From the IMG/VR virus record IMGVR_UViG_3300027845_000169, positions 1 through 64,000 of that record: 64,000 nt of DNA; one strand, given 5' to 3'. A program made the position numbers and the translations under genes. The notes under the pieces were generated by a model that had not been told where the DNA came from, searched no databases, and saw only the letters and a program-made list of their open reading frames with translations. This document shows positions 53,152 to 62,468 of this stretch, one piece after another. The stretch is from a virus (Duplodnaviria > Caudoviricetes). Within the stretch, counting starts at the first letter, position 1. Each line of letters begins with the position of its first letter.

Positions 53152-55215
53152 TCACTCCTTTTTATCATCAATCATTTGAGCGGAAATATATCCAATCGCT
53201 AATCCACCTATCAAACCAAGTGGCTTGGCCCAGCGAGGAACTTGGTCTTCAGCCTCCATGTCCTCGTCCTTGGGTTTATCATAGGTCATCCTGTTTTCTC
53301 TCATCCATTGGCCTTCGCACCCATCTCCACAGAATGCGTAATCCCCTTCATCACCCCACTTATTGTATATGGTGATTTCTTCCATTCCCTGCGGGTAATC
53401 ATTACTTCCTATACCACAGTTTTGGCAATGGAGTTCTCCCTCATCTTCGGCACCGAAAGAACCACTAACTTCAATCTCAACATCTTTTCCATCTTCATCA
53501 GTAGTATAGTGTGTATGGCTTATCCATGAATCAGTATTACCATCGTTAAAAGCATCTTCCATAACTCCTTTCATTTCTTCATTTACATAACCATCGTCAA
53601 TCAAGTCGTCATGCTCATGTGGATGAGGTTCAGTTTCCCAATGGTAATCTTTAACAACTTTCTTGGTAATTACTATTTCATCAGTTCCTTCAGCACCATA
53701 AGTAATACAAGGGTCTTTTCCACACCCACAATTCTTTTTACCTTCAGCACCATACTTTTTCATGTGGCTGGCTTGTTCTTGTTTAGCCCAATCCATGAAA
53801 GACAAAGTTTGGTGTTCGGCACCATAGGCTTCTTTTGGAGTCACAAATGTTCCATCTTTTTTATAATGGTCTAAGCCATCCATAGGGTAATCATATTTCA
53901 AAACGGAAAGGGCATCTAAATACTCCATATCTCCCATCTCATGGGTTTCTTCCCATCCTTCAATGTAGTCTGCTACTGCTTTTGTTTGTGCTTCTTCGGA
54001 TAATTCTTTGAAAGAGTATATTTTTATCTCACCTTCTGCATCCATGTTATTCCGTCCAATAACTTCCAATATGTATTCCCATTCTTCCGTCATTGCATCG
54101 TCATGATTTACATTGATAGTAGCACATTCTTTGACTTTCTTTAGCACTTCTCGTAAATGCTTGACTTCTGCTTCCGAACTTTCGCCTTCTGCACTCTTCT
54201 TCTTGAAACAGCCACAATCAGCGTCAAAGTATTCGGAATCGTAAAGAGCCATTTCCGCTCGCAAGGTATCGGACATTAGCCCACTACCTTCACAGTATGA
54301 ACAATCTTCATCACCTTCGGCACCCATTCCATCACAAGAGAAACAAGGTTCATCATAGCCTTCTGCTTCCATCATATCGTCTAACCATTCATCACTTTCA
54401 CATAGAGGACAAGCCAAAACGAAATCATATCCGCCTCCACCACTTCCGTCTGCGTCAATGAATATCAAATCTTCGTAAGTTCCATCCCATGCACAATCAA
54501 GACAAGAGATTTCATCCTCTAATTCATCATCCATAGCGGCTACCATTTCAGCCTTTTTAATATCAGTTGGATGTTTGAAAGAATGTTTGGGCTTACAATA
54601 GTCAGCAGCAGTCTTTCGGGGACCTCTTGGCTTAGTGGACTTTTTGTATTCAAAAGTTTGGGGAATATGACCTGCTAATTCATTCTTGTCGGAGTCAAAC
54701 TTAGGGCAACGAATACCATGATTCTTATAGGGTATAACTTTGAAATCGCCGTCATCACCTACTGCCTCTAACTCTCCAATGACTCCACTACAAAGAACTG
54801 GGTCCCCATTATCTCGGTGAACGAGGTAAGAGCCAATAACGCTGGCCTTGGTAGGGTCATCAACTTTAGGAGTAACGATAAAACGGTGAGTTTCTCCACG
54901 GTTCTTAACCATCATGTGCATTCCGGGTTGAGATGCAGCATCCCAAACAGTCCGAGCAATAAAGAATGGAGATTTATTATCATAGAAACGGCAATAACTT
55001 CCTTCCTTACGCTTGCCAATATAATTCTGCTTATCATTATAATGCTTGGCTGGATAGTGAGCCTCTAACTTAAACTTACCATTAGAAAGTCGGCGATTAA
55101 TACTAATCTTTTCCGGAAGTGCCTTGAAGTCAATAGGTGTTCCAAAGACTTGAGTTATACCCTTTGGATTAACGACTCCTTTGACCTTTGGACGACTTTG
55201 TTTCTTTGTGGCCAT
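53152..55215 (-). CDS. Mosaic polyprotein-like protein with Cys modules and C-terminal TM anchor
   Basis: Basic N-terminal domain then ~10 short modules (CLDC/CPLC, CFSC/CSYC, CGC, CQNC) separated by xAE; TTAAATAG 29 nt upstream. Confidence 0.7.
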   Translation of the reverse strand: MATKKQSRPKVKGVVNPKGITQVFGTPIDFKALPEKISINRRLSNGKFKLEAHYPAKHYNDKQNYIGKRKEGSYCRFYDNKSPFFIARTVWDAASQPGMHMMVKNRGETHRFIVTPKVDDPTKASVIGSYLVHRDNGDPVLCSGVIGELEAVGDDGDFKVIPYKNHGIRCPKFDSDKNELAGHIPQTFEYKKSTKPRGPRKTAADYCKPKHSFKHPTDIKKAEMVAAMDDELEDEISCLDCAWDGTYEDLIFIDADGSGGGGYDFVLACPLCESDEWLDDMMEAEGYDEPCFSCDGMGAEGDEDCSYCEGSGLMSDTLRAEMALYDSEYFDADCGCFKKKSAEGESSEAEVKHLREVLKKVKECATINVNHDDAMTEEWEYILEVIGRNNMDAEGEIKIYSFKELSEEAQTKAVADYIEGWEETHEMGDMEYLDALSVLKYDYPMDGLDHYKKDGTFVTPKEAYGAEHQTLSFMDWAKQEQASHMKKYGAEGKKNCGCGKDPCITYGAEGTDEIVITKKVVKDYHWETEPHPHEHDDLIDDGYVNEEMKGVMEDAFNDGNTDSWISHTHYTTDEDGKDVEIEVSGSFGAEDEGELHCQNCGIGSNDYPQGMEEITIYNKWGDEGDYAFCGDGCEGQWMRENRMTYDKPKDEDMEAEDQVPRWAKPLGLIGGLAIGYISAQMIDDKKE

Positions 55216-55249
55216 GTGCTTTATTGCACTCGCCTACTATTTAATGACT

Positions 55250-55660
55250 TCATTCAAACCGTGCAATCTGTCGGTGGATAGCATCAAGAGGAACTCCATG
55301 CGTATTTCGGTCTGCATAGACCTGTGCATCCCTTAATGAAGGCTTCAAGACCACATAGACAACTTGATAACCGGCCGCTTCTGCACTCCTTACATAGCCT
55401 TCATATTCCCATTCTTGGGTGTTGGTATTATCACAAATTACCACATCATGCTTCCCTAACGAATCACGAAAGGCCGTGTAATTCTTTTGGTGGTTATCAC
55501 CAAGCAGGGATGGGTCAAATTGATAATTTCCGTTGCTATCATAGAAGTAGGAATCGGTGGAGTGAATAATGCCATTGGCTCCCGCCAATTGCTGTGCGAG
55601 TGTGGACTTGCCACTTCCGGAAACTCCACGCATAATATAGACTGTCTTGTAGTTGCTCAT
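55250..55660 (-). CDS. P-loop kinase (AAA_33 / polynucleotide-kinase-like)
   Basis: MRGVSGSGKST, HSTD, ICDNTN, RNTHGVP. Confidence 0.85.
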   Translation of the reverse strand: MSNYKTVYIMRGVSGSGKSTLAQQLAGANGIIHSTDSYFYDSNGNYQFDPSLLGDNHQKNYTAFRDSLGKHDVVICDNTNTQEWEYEGYVRSAEAAGYQVVYVVLKPSLRDAQVYADRNTHGVPLDAIHRQIARFE

Positions 55661-55699
55661 GATTGAGGGGAGAAGAACCTCTCTAATAAACCTTGCGGT

Positions 55700-57100
55700 T
55701 CATCCGAATGAAGCATCGTGTGATACTGCCACCACATCATCTTCGTCATCCTCAAACATTAAGTCACGCTTGGCCAAGTCTTTCTTAGCACGGTCACGGT
55801 GGGCCAACATAAGTTTGGTTGCCGACTCTAAATGTTTTTGCGATACTTTGGCCTTTTTTGCATCATATTGAGAATCTTCTAAGGCCATCACAAACGCATT
55901 CCTAACTATTTCTTCTATGTAGGCTCCCGACAATCCTTTAGTTTGTTTGACGATAGATTTCATATCAACGATTCCTTTCACAGTTAATGACTTGAGGTAT
56001 TTCTCAAAGATTCTTCCACGAAGTTTCTCATCGGGATAACCTAATTCCATGCGAGCGTCAAATCTTCCGGGTCTGTCTGTCAAAGCCCAATCAAGTTTGT
56101 CAGCATGATTAGTAGTAGCAAGGGTAACTACACCGGAGTTAGACTCCACTCCGGAGAGTGCGTTGAGGAACTCACCCAATAGTGGATGGTCGCCATCGTA
56201 ACGACTTACTCCACCGAGAGTATCTAAGTCCTCAAAGATTAGGAGGGTTGGGGCTAACTTTTGAGCCAGTTTGTAAGCATCTCCAATATCTCCGACATCT
56301 TCAATACTTTCACGAGTCACTACCATTGTAGTAACATCAACATCATTCATCAAAACATTGCAGGTCAAAGTTTTCCCAGTTCCCGGCGGTCCAGTAATCA
56401 AAACTCCTCTTGATAGTTTGAGGGAATGACCTTTGAATACATCCATGTTGTTCAAGAAGTCCACTACATTCCGCTGCAAGGTCTGTCGGTGTTCCTTAGA
56501 GATAACTACATCATCCCAACCATTTTCGGGAGATTCAGTAATGAACTTGTAATTGGAATAAAACTTCTCCCCTTTGAGGAGGCAATTATCATAAAAGTAA
56601 GCCATAAAGTTTTGCCAAAGATTCTTACCAACCTTACATTTATGGTCAAACATTATGCGTAAATCAAGGTTCAGTCCATCGTATGGAAGGAATTGAATGG
56701 CTACGGCAGCATCGGAGGTTTTGTGCTTAAGATGTGCAATAAGTTTGAGTGGGATTTTATACACAGTCCCTTTCAAATTGAAATCGTGATAGATAGGACT
56801 AACAGAAGAATTACCGTGTCCGTAATTGACTACATCACAAACTTCATAGTTTTCTCTAATATATCGCCAAAAGCATTCCATAGTAACGGCGAACTCTTTT
56901 TCACTAACTTCTTGAACTTTAGTTTCAATCAATTCACCATCAATCCAAGCCTTAGCATCTGCGTCTGCCTTGTCTATATGAGGGAGTGTATTCCTCAATG
57001 TTTCAAGACCCATTAGGAAATCTGTCATTGGTTCTGTATCAAGGCTAACATCTCCCATCGGAGTGTTCATTACGAGTGTCGGGGGCATTGGTTGGCTCAT
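55700..57100 (-). CDS. AAA+ ATPase (classic clade, CDC48/FtsH/PAN-like)
   Basis: GVLITGPPGTGKT, LIFEDLD, ATTNH, DRPGRFD, GLSGA; promoter 29 nt before ATG 57100. Confidence 0.9.
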   Translation of the reverse strand: MSQPMPPTLVMNTPMGDVSLDTEPMTDFLMGLETLRNTLPHIDKADADAKAWIDGELIETKVQEVSEKEFAVTMECFWRYIRENYEVCDVVNYGHGNSSVSPIYHDFNLKGTVYKIPLKLIAHLKHKTSDAAVAIQFLPYDGLNLDLRIMFDHKCKVGKNLWQNFMAYFYDNCLLKGEKFYSNYKFITESPENGWDDVVISKEHRQTLQRNVVDFLNNMDVFKGHSLKLSRGVLITGPPGTGKTLTCNVLMNDVDVTTMVVTRESIEDVGDIGDAYKLAQKLAPTLLIFEDLDTLGGVSRYDGDHPLLGEFLNALSGVESNSGVVTLATTNHADKLDWALTDRPGRFDARMELGYPDEKLRGRIFEKYLKSLTVKGIVDMKSIVKQTKGLSGAYIEEIVRNAFVMALEDSQYDAKKAKVSQKHLESATKLMLAHRDRAKKDLAKRDLMFEDDEDDVVAVSHDASFG

Positions 57101-57125
57101 GTTCTTGAACTTGGCAAACACCTAC

Positions 57126-58148
57126 TTAATGGGGTGCAAACCAAGGCTTAGAAATGTCGGAGTCTAAATCATCAAGCCCAGTAAGGACTTGTGGGCGATT
57201 AACACCACCTGTGACGGCGACTAACCAATCGGCATACCCTTCTTTCAATTCCATATTAGAGTGTTCAATAAGAAACTCTTCGGAAGGTCTTGGATGGCGG
57301 GCCATACAAATGTCACCTGCCTCCTTAAACTTAGCCCATATACCGCCTTCGGCATACTTAGCGGCCGTCTGTGGGCCAGCGTTAGTTGTGTTGTCTTCAT
57401 GGAGTCTATGATAGCCACCTACGGCATCACATTGCACGACAACACCTAATGGAGAGAAAGGGGTAAGGCTATCCTTAGAATCGCCATGCTGAACAATAAC
57501 TCTCATCCAGCAATCGGTATCTTCCACAATAGCCAAACGGTCATCAAATCCGCTAATGGCTTCTAACCTATCTCGGCGAACGACAACTTGTGAAGTAATG
57601 GGTGGCATTCCCATTAATCGGAAATATGTATGAGTCGGTTGGATTCTCCACGCCTCGGGATAATAACCAATAGTGGTTTCCCAAGAAGTAACCTCACCGC
57701 CTTTCAAACTTTCCATTGGAATGTGTGTATCTGCGGCAGTATAAATTACCAAAGGGTCGGATAACTCATCGTCACCCCATGTAGGCGTGTCTTTAGCATC
57801 CAAAACTTCTTGAATGAAAGCAAGATGGTCGGCATACCAATAATCATCAGCGTCCAAAAAGGCAACCCAAGGTGCATCACCATGAGCGATACCTTGATTT
57901 CTTGCCCCGCCTACACCTTCAACATCGGAACCTTGTTTCAAATAAACGAATCTCGGGTCCAAATTAACATAGTGCATACAGACATTAGTAATCCCATCTG
58001 CTAATTCATCTTCGGCTGGTGTGCCATCAACAATGATGACTCGCCAATCTTGAATCTTTTGAGCGATTACGCTATCTAAACATTCAGTTATCCATTTAGG
58101 TTTAACTTTGTAAATAGGAATTATGACATCGTATGTAACGGAACTCAT
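57126..58148 (-). CDS. GT2 glycosyltransferase
   Basis: VIIPIY, IIVDG, GVGGARNQG, AFLDADD, EDTDCW. Confidence 0.9.
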   Translation of the reverse strand: MSSVTYDVIIPIYKVKPKWITECLDSVIAQKIQDWRVIIVDGTPAEDELADGITNVCMHYVNLDPRFVYLKQGSDVEGVGGARNQGIAHGDAPWVAFLDADDYWYADHLAFIQEVLDAKDTPTWGDDELSDPLVIYTAADTHIPMESLKGGEVTSWETTIGYYPEAWRIQPTHTYFRLMGMPPITSQVVVRRDRLEAISGFDDRLAIVEDTDCWMRVIVQHGDSKDSLTPFSPLGVVVQCDAVGGYHRLHEDNTTNAGPQTAAKYAEGGIWAKFKEAGDICMARHPRPSEEFLIEHSNMELKEGYADWLVAVTGGVNRPQVLTGLDDLDSDISKPWFAPH

Positions 58149-58183
58149 GCTCCATTACTATGTCGTCTTCCTACTTAACTGTT

Positions 58184-58254
58184 GCTCCCAAGGGGAGCCA
58201 ATCGGGAGCCAGCCTTTCGGCTATGTGGTTCCTTCATGGCCCCCAAAGGGGTCA
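58184..58254 (-). terminator. Three tandem hairpins downstream of the putative capsid operon
   Basis: GCTCCC/GGGAGC, GGAGCCAGCC-TTTC-GGCT..TGGTTCC and TGGCCCC/GGGGTCA. Confidence 0.45.
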
Positions 58255-58279
58255 AGTAGTCGGTGGTTCTATCTTACAC

Positions 58280-58918
58280 TTACTGTGCAGATAGTAGGCT
58301 TCTCTTATACCAATCCACATTTCCAGGGTTGATGCTTATTCCCATCTCTAACAGTTTGTTAGCGATAAGAGCGTCCGGCCCGTCATATAGAGTGTATTTA
58401 GTAAAGCATCTTAGGCTTCCGCTAACACATTGAGTTGCTGCTGTTGGCAATCCTGTGTTGTTATACCATGTAACCAATACATCCCAAACTTGTCCCGGTA
58501 GGACATAAACATCTGGGTATAGGTTGAACGAAGGTTGGAAGTTCACAGACCTTGGGTAAGGACTTGCTGAACCTGGGATACCATCGTTTGGCACATTGTC
58601 TGGGTCAAGGAAATAATCAGTTGTGTTGATTCTCACTTGAACGAAAGCACGAGGGCCTCCCATTCCGCTTCCAGCAGTTCCCACGGTTAGACCACGGTAT
58701 GTGCCGGATGTTCCGGATGAAAGGAATGCTGTTGGAGTAACTGCAATATCTTCAATAACAACGAACTCGGTAGCAGAAGTTTCTGCTGGCTTTGTGATGT
58801 TGTTACCTAATCCACCAACGAAGATGGAGATTTGCTGTCCGACATTGGATGCAATATCCACTACTGCTGATGAGTAGTTAGTTGCGTCCCATTCATAGAC
58901 TTGGCTTCGCATTGACAT
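58280..58918 (-). CDS. Putative major capsid protein (paralog 2)
   Basis: Highly similar to the adjacent gene (MSMRSQVYEW, GNNITKPAET, FVVIEDIA, RINTTDYF, YPDVYVLPGQ, KYTLYDGPDALIANKLLE); beta-rich; capsid role inferred. Confidence 0.55.
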   Translation of the reverse strand: MSMRSQVYEWDATNYSSAVVDIASNVGQQISIFVGGLGNNITKPAETSATEFVVIEDIAVTPTAFLSSGTSGTYRGLTVGTAGSGMGGPRAFVQVRINTTDYFLDPDNVPNDGIPGSASPYPRSVNFQPSFNLYPDVYVLPGQVWDVLVTWYNNTGLPTAATQCVSGSLRCFTKYTLYDGPDALIANKLLEMGISINPGNVDWYKRSLLSAQ

Positions 58919-59574
58919 TAAGCACCAACTCCTTGTGCAGCAGCCATAGCAGCCGCAGATGCAGCAGCCTGTTGCTGTTCAATAAGTGAACGCTTATACC
59001 AATCAACATTGTTTGGGTTGATTGTGACACCAAGTTCCAAAAGTTTGTTAGCAATAAGAGCGTCCGGTCCATCGTAAAGTGTGTATTTAACGAATGCTGC
59101 GACAACATCTGTTGATGTTGATGCTCCGCCACCTACACCATCACGAGTGGTGTAAAGAATCTGCCATGTTTGGCCCGGTAGGACATATACATCTGGGTAT
59201 AGGTCAAAGGACTTTAGCAAATTGTCGGTTCCGCTTGCAGTTGAAGCACTACCACGAGGGTAGGGGCTTGCAAGTCCCGGGATTCCCAACATATTTGTTA
59301 CATCGGGGTTTTGGAAGTAGTCAGTCGTATTAATACGAATCTGGACATTTCCATTTGCTTGTGCGGAACACGCAATGTCTTCAATTACAACGAACTGTGT
59401 CGCTGTTGTTTCGGCTGGCTTGGTAATGTTATTTCCATATCCACCAATAAACAAATCTAACTCACGGTTTGCGGGCAATTCCACAGGCAAGTCGGATGTG
59501 GTTCGGCGAAGTGTGGAAGTCTTACCCGTAGGCGCTAAATTGGCCCACTCATATACTTGGCTTCTCATACTCAT
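58918..59574 (-). CDS. Putative major capsid protein (paralog 1)
   Basis: As above; preceded by promoter at 59630-59637 and a 5' leader hairpin. Confidence 0.55.
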   Translation of the reverse strand: MSMRSQVYEWANLAPTGKTSTLRRTTSDLPVELPANRELDLFIGGYGNNITKPAETTATQFVVIEDIACSAQANGNVQIRINTTDYFQNPDVTNMLGIPGLASPYPRGSASTASGTDNLLKSFDLYPDVYVLPGQTWQILYTTRDGVGGGASTSTDVVAAFVKYTLYDGPDALIANKLLELGVTINPNNVDWYKRSLIEQQQAAASAAAMAAAQGVGA

Positions 59575-59629
59575 TTTATATCATATCCTGTCGTGGCTTG
59601 CACGACTGTTTATTAATATCTTTTTTTGA

Positions 59630-59637
59630 CTACTTAA
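59630..59637 (-). promoter_or_regulatory. Promoter TTAAGTAG (structural/late class)
   Basis: CTACTTAA on + strand, upstream of the putative capsid operon. Confidence 0.65.
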
Positions 59638-59767
59638 AGGGTTCGGTTTAGAAAGGAAACCATTTATGATTTGAAATCCCTACTTTATATTACACGCACA
59701 CACGAGGGGTGCGATTTTGCTAAGGCTTACGCAGGGACCTTCAAAAAGTTAAGTCTTCTAAACGAAC

Positions 59768-59983
59768 TTACTTGCGGATAGCACAAATGCCAGCCACAGT
59801 TAGGAAAGTTCCGAGAACCCATTGAACTCCAATGTCCTTACCCATAAAGGTTAGAACTGGTAGGTCAAGCATTCCGAGGACAGGTTGGTTAGCAGACATC
59901 ATCATGTGAAGTCCACCTACAACAGTTGCTACTGCAACGAGCGTTCCTTGTGCGTTCATCCAATTACAAAGTTTATCAAACAT
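59768..59983 (-). CDS. Small two-TM membrane protein
   Basis: Hydrophobic; GGTGA upstream. Confidence 0.6.
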   Translation of the reverse strand: MFDKLCNWMNAQGTLVAVATVVGGLHMMMSANQPVLGMLDLPVLTFMGKDIGVQWVLGTFLTVAGICAIRK

Positions 59984-60002
59984 TCTTAATCACCATTTAT
60001 AT

Positions 60003-60248
60003 TTAAGCAGAAGCCGCCTTACGAATCCCGAGCGGGTCAAATCGGCGACCAGCCAAGATAGCGACTCCCATTAGTAGGGTTAGCGCACCTGCGAATTGCA
60101 TTATGCTGAATCCAACATAAGGTAGGGGTTTAGTGAATGAATCCATTGTAGCACCAACGGCAACTGCAAGACCAACTATTGTTAGACCTGCACCTACAAC
60201 TCGGCGACTCACGATTACATCTTTAACTTCTTCTATTACTTTTACCAT
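60003..60248 (-). CDS. Small two-TM membrane protein
   Basis: VGAGLTIVG...DPLG; similar to 60266-60520. Confidence 0.6.
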   Translation of the reverse strand: MVKVIEEVKDVIVSRRVVGAGLTIVGLAVAVGATMDSFTKPLPYVGFSIMQFAGALTLLMGVAILAGRRFDPLGIRKAASA

Positions 60249-60265
60249 ATTATTCAACTCCTTAT

Positions 60266-60520
60266 TCAAACTTCCTCGGATACTCCAAGTGGGTCTATTT
60301 CTTTACCAATAAGTTTCTTGGAAAGAACAGCAACACCAATGGATAGTGGGATTATAGAGAGGACACGACCAACTGTTAGCCATGATTGACCGAACAAAGT
60401 CTTTTCCATCATATCGGAAAGTCCGCCACCTACAAAGTGAACAGCACCGACAAGAACGAGAGCACCACCAACGGTCCAATCGTTAATCAACATTCCTTGA
60501 ACTTTACTTACCATATCCAT
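60266..60520 (-). CDS. Small two-TM membrane protein
   Basis: VGGALVLVG...DPLG; GGAGGT upstream. Confidence 0.6.
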   Translation of the reverse strand: MDMVSKVQGMLINDWTVGGALVLVGAVHFVGGGLSDMMEKTLFGQSWLTVGRVLSIIPLSIGVAVLSKKLIGKEIDPLGVSEEV

Positions 60521-60521
60521 T

Positions 60522-61505
60522 TTAGAAACCTCCTTCTGCACCGAAGTCAAAACTTACACCGTGACCGGAGCCACCAGCGGAAGGGTATGACGCTGAAAGA
60601 ACGAATGGGTTTTCGGACTCGGCAAAGCCTGTGCTTCCCGGTCTAATGTATGCTCCCCAAATATCTTCTTGGCCACCAACATATTCTTTCTTGGTTACAG
60701 GAGCGTCCGCACTAATTGTTGGGACATCTTCTGCATACCAAACTGGTGGTTGGTAAGAAGGTGTGACTGGTGTGATTGATGCAACAAATGGGTTGGACCT
60801 TTTATCCATTGTTCCCATTGCGAGTGCATCAGTAGCAGCCGTGAAATCGTTAATTCCTAAGTCGCTTGGTGCTTGGAATCCTGTGCTCATGCTTTCTGCT
60901 CCAAAGTTTTGAGTGATTGTTCCAGCCATTGTGGAACCTTCAACTACTGAATCAAGTGGAACACGCTCTTGAGGTGCGTATCTGTCAGCCATCTGTTGTG
61001 TTGCATATACGAATGATTGGTCGTCTTCAACCAATTCTCCGGTTTCTGCCATAGGGCGAGTATCGTATGTTGCACCGACTTGACCGAGAACTCGGCCATT
61101 TCCGTCAGGTTGTAAGATGAACTCACTACCAAATGATGAACTTCCGCTTCTTAGCCATCCGCCAAGTTGCTTAAATCCGGGAACATTAAAGTAACCCAAA
61201 AGGTGAGCAAGTCCAACACCAGCAGTTAGGGAACCAAAAGTAGTTCCAAAGGCTCGTGTGCTTGCATCCTTAGTTGCGGCCCAGCCTACTATGGCTGCTC
61301 CACCTACAAGGAGGGTTCCGGTGCGTAGGATATTTCCAGCAGCACCAATTCGGTCAAAGGGCATCATTGTGAAGATACCACCAGCGATTGCAGCCGCAGC
61401 GACACCAGCAACACCATAATAAAGGGTCTTGCTTTGTAGTGTATCAACTCCGGATTCAACAAGGTCGGTGATACCGTCTGTCGTCTTGCTTACAAGGTCG
61501 GTCAT
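60522..61505 (-). CDS. Membrane protein with xAE-delimited C-terminal region
   Basis: Three N-terminal TM helices; FGSE, FGAE, WYAE, FGAE. Confidence 0.65.
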   Translation of the reverse strand: MTDLVSKTTDGITDLVESGVDTLQSKTLYYGVAGVAAAAIAGGIFTMMPFDRIGAAGNILRTGTLLVGGAAIVGWAATKDASTRAFGTTFGSLTAGVGLAHLLGYFNVPGFKQLGGWLRSGSSSFGSEFILQPDGNGRVLGQVGATYDTRPMAETGELVEDDQSFVYATQQMADRYAPQERVPLDSVVEGSTMAGTITQNFGAESMSTGFQAPSDLGINDFTAATDALAMGTMDKRSNPFVASITPVTPSYQPPVWYAEDVPTISADAPVTKKEYVGGQEDIWGAYIRPGSTGFAESENPFVLSASYPSAGGSGHGVSFDFGAEGGF

Positions 61506-61531
61506 ATTATCCATTACTCCTTCGCCGCTAC

Positions 61532-62431
61532 TTAAAGACTCCTACCGTTGCTATAAAGCGAAGCCGAGCGTGGAACTCGGACTCCTTGCGTTATGTGTGA
61601 GTTGGGCTTATTACCCAACGCATCTCTCACGGTTCCCATTTGGGAACGGGTCAATGGTGCGGGAATATGTGATGGGCCTCCAAAGCCTCCTACTTGGTGG
61701 CGAACGCCTTGTGCGTGTATAGTAACATTAGTTGAGTTAAAAGATTGAGCGGACATCGGTTGCGACCCATTTGCGGTCTTAGCCAATGCAGGGGTCAAAG
61801 TAAGTTCTGCTCCAAAAGGTGTCATTACGCTTTCGGCGTATGAAACATCCGGAGATGTAACCATTTGACCTGCTGCTTGATTAGCAGTTTGAGGTGTAGT
61901 GAAATCGGGATTAGAGGTAGCACGGTTGGCGTGTTGAATAACAAGATTGCTGATTTGTCTTTTGAATCCAGCAGTAAAGTCATTTCTGTTTTCAATAACT
62001 CCTAAGAATCGGTTAAGTGAATAAGTCCCTTGTCTTTGGATATTGACTGTTTTGACAGTTTCAGTATCTCCGGAATCCCCTCCAAAGAATCCCATAAACT
62101 TTTGTCCCATTGTTTTAGGAACTTCTTCCACACGGTAAAGGGTCCAAACTTGTCCCGCAGGGTTAAACTCTAATTCATAACCTGCACCAATGTTTTGAGA
62201 AAGAGGTCCCATTGATTCTGCTTGGCTAACTTTACGAGTTGAAGTTGCACGAGATAACGGGTTGTTAGTCATCGTCCCTAACTTTGTTCCTAAGATTGCT
62301 TCTGCACCTTTGGCACTTGAAGAATAGGAAGTTAGTTGATAACGACCACCATGATTATCCATTACACCGTGCATAGCATTTTCCATAGGGCCACGCTTGA
62401 GGGTGTTTTGAATCGCTATATCCAAGTTCAT
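61532..62431 (-). CDS. Hypothetical (putative virion) protein
   Basis: Promoter 29 nt before ATG 62431; KGAE, SYAE, FGAE. Confidence 0.6.
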   Translation of the reverse strand: MNLDIAIQNTLKRGPMENAMHGVMDNHGGRYQLTSYSSSAKGAEAILGTKLGTMTNNPLSRATSTRKVSQAESMGPLSQNIGAGYELEFNPAGQVWTLYRVEEVPKTMGQKFMGFFGGDSGDTETVKTVNIQRQGTYSLNRFLGVIENRNDFTAGFKRQISNLVIQHANRATSNPDFTTPQTANQAAGQMVTSPDVSYAESVMTPFGAELTLTPALAKTANGSQPMSAQSFNSTNVTIHAQGVRHQVGGFGGPSHIPAPLTRSQMGTVRDALGNKPNSHITQGVRVPRSASLYSNGRSL

Positions 62432-62468
62432 GTTATTCACTACTCCTTCTCGCTACTTAAAGACTCCT

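Noticed and set aside
53010-53375. + strand ORF 53010-53375 and other + strand ORFs in the right arm
   Set aside because: Antisense to better-supported - strand genes, including the small TM ORF at 53000-53146
55700-57100. Genome-packaging ATPase
   Set aside because: Motifs (second region of homology RPGRFD) are those of classic-clade AAA+ chaperones, not FtsK/HerA/A32 or terminase
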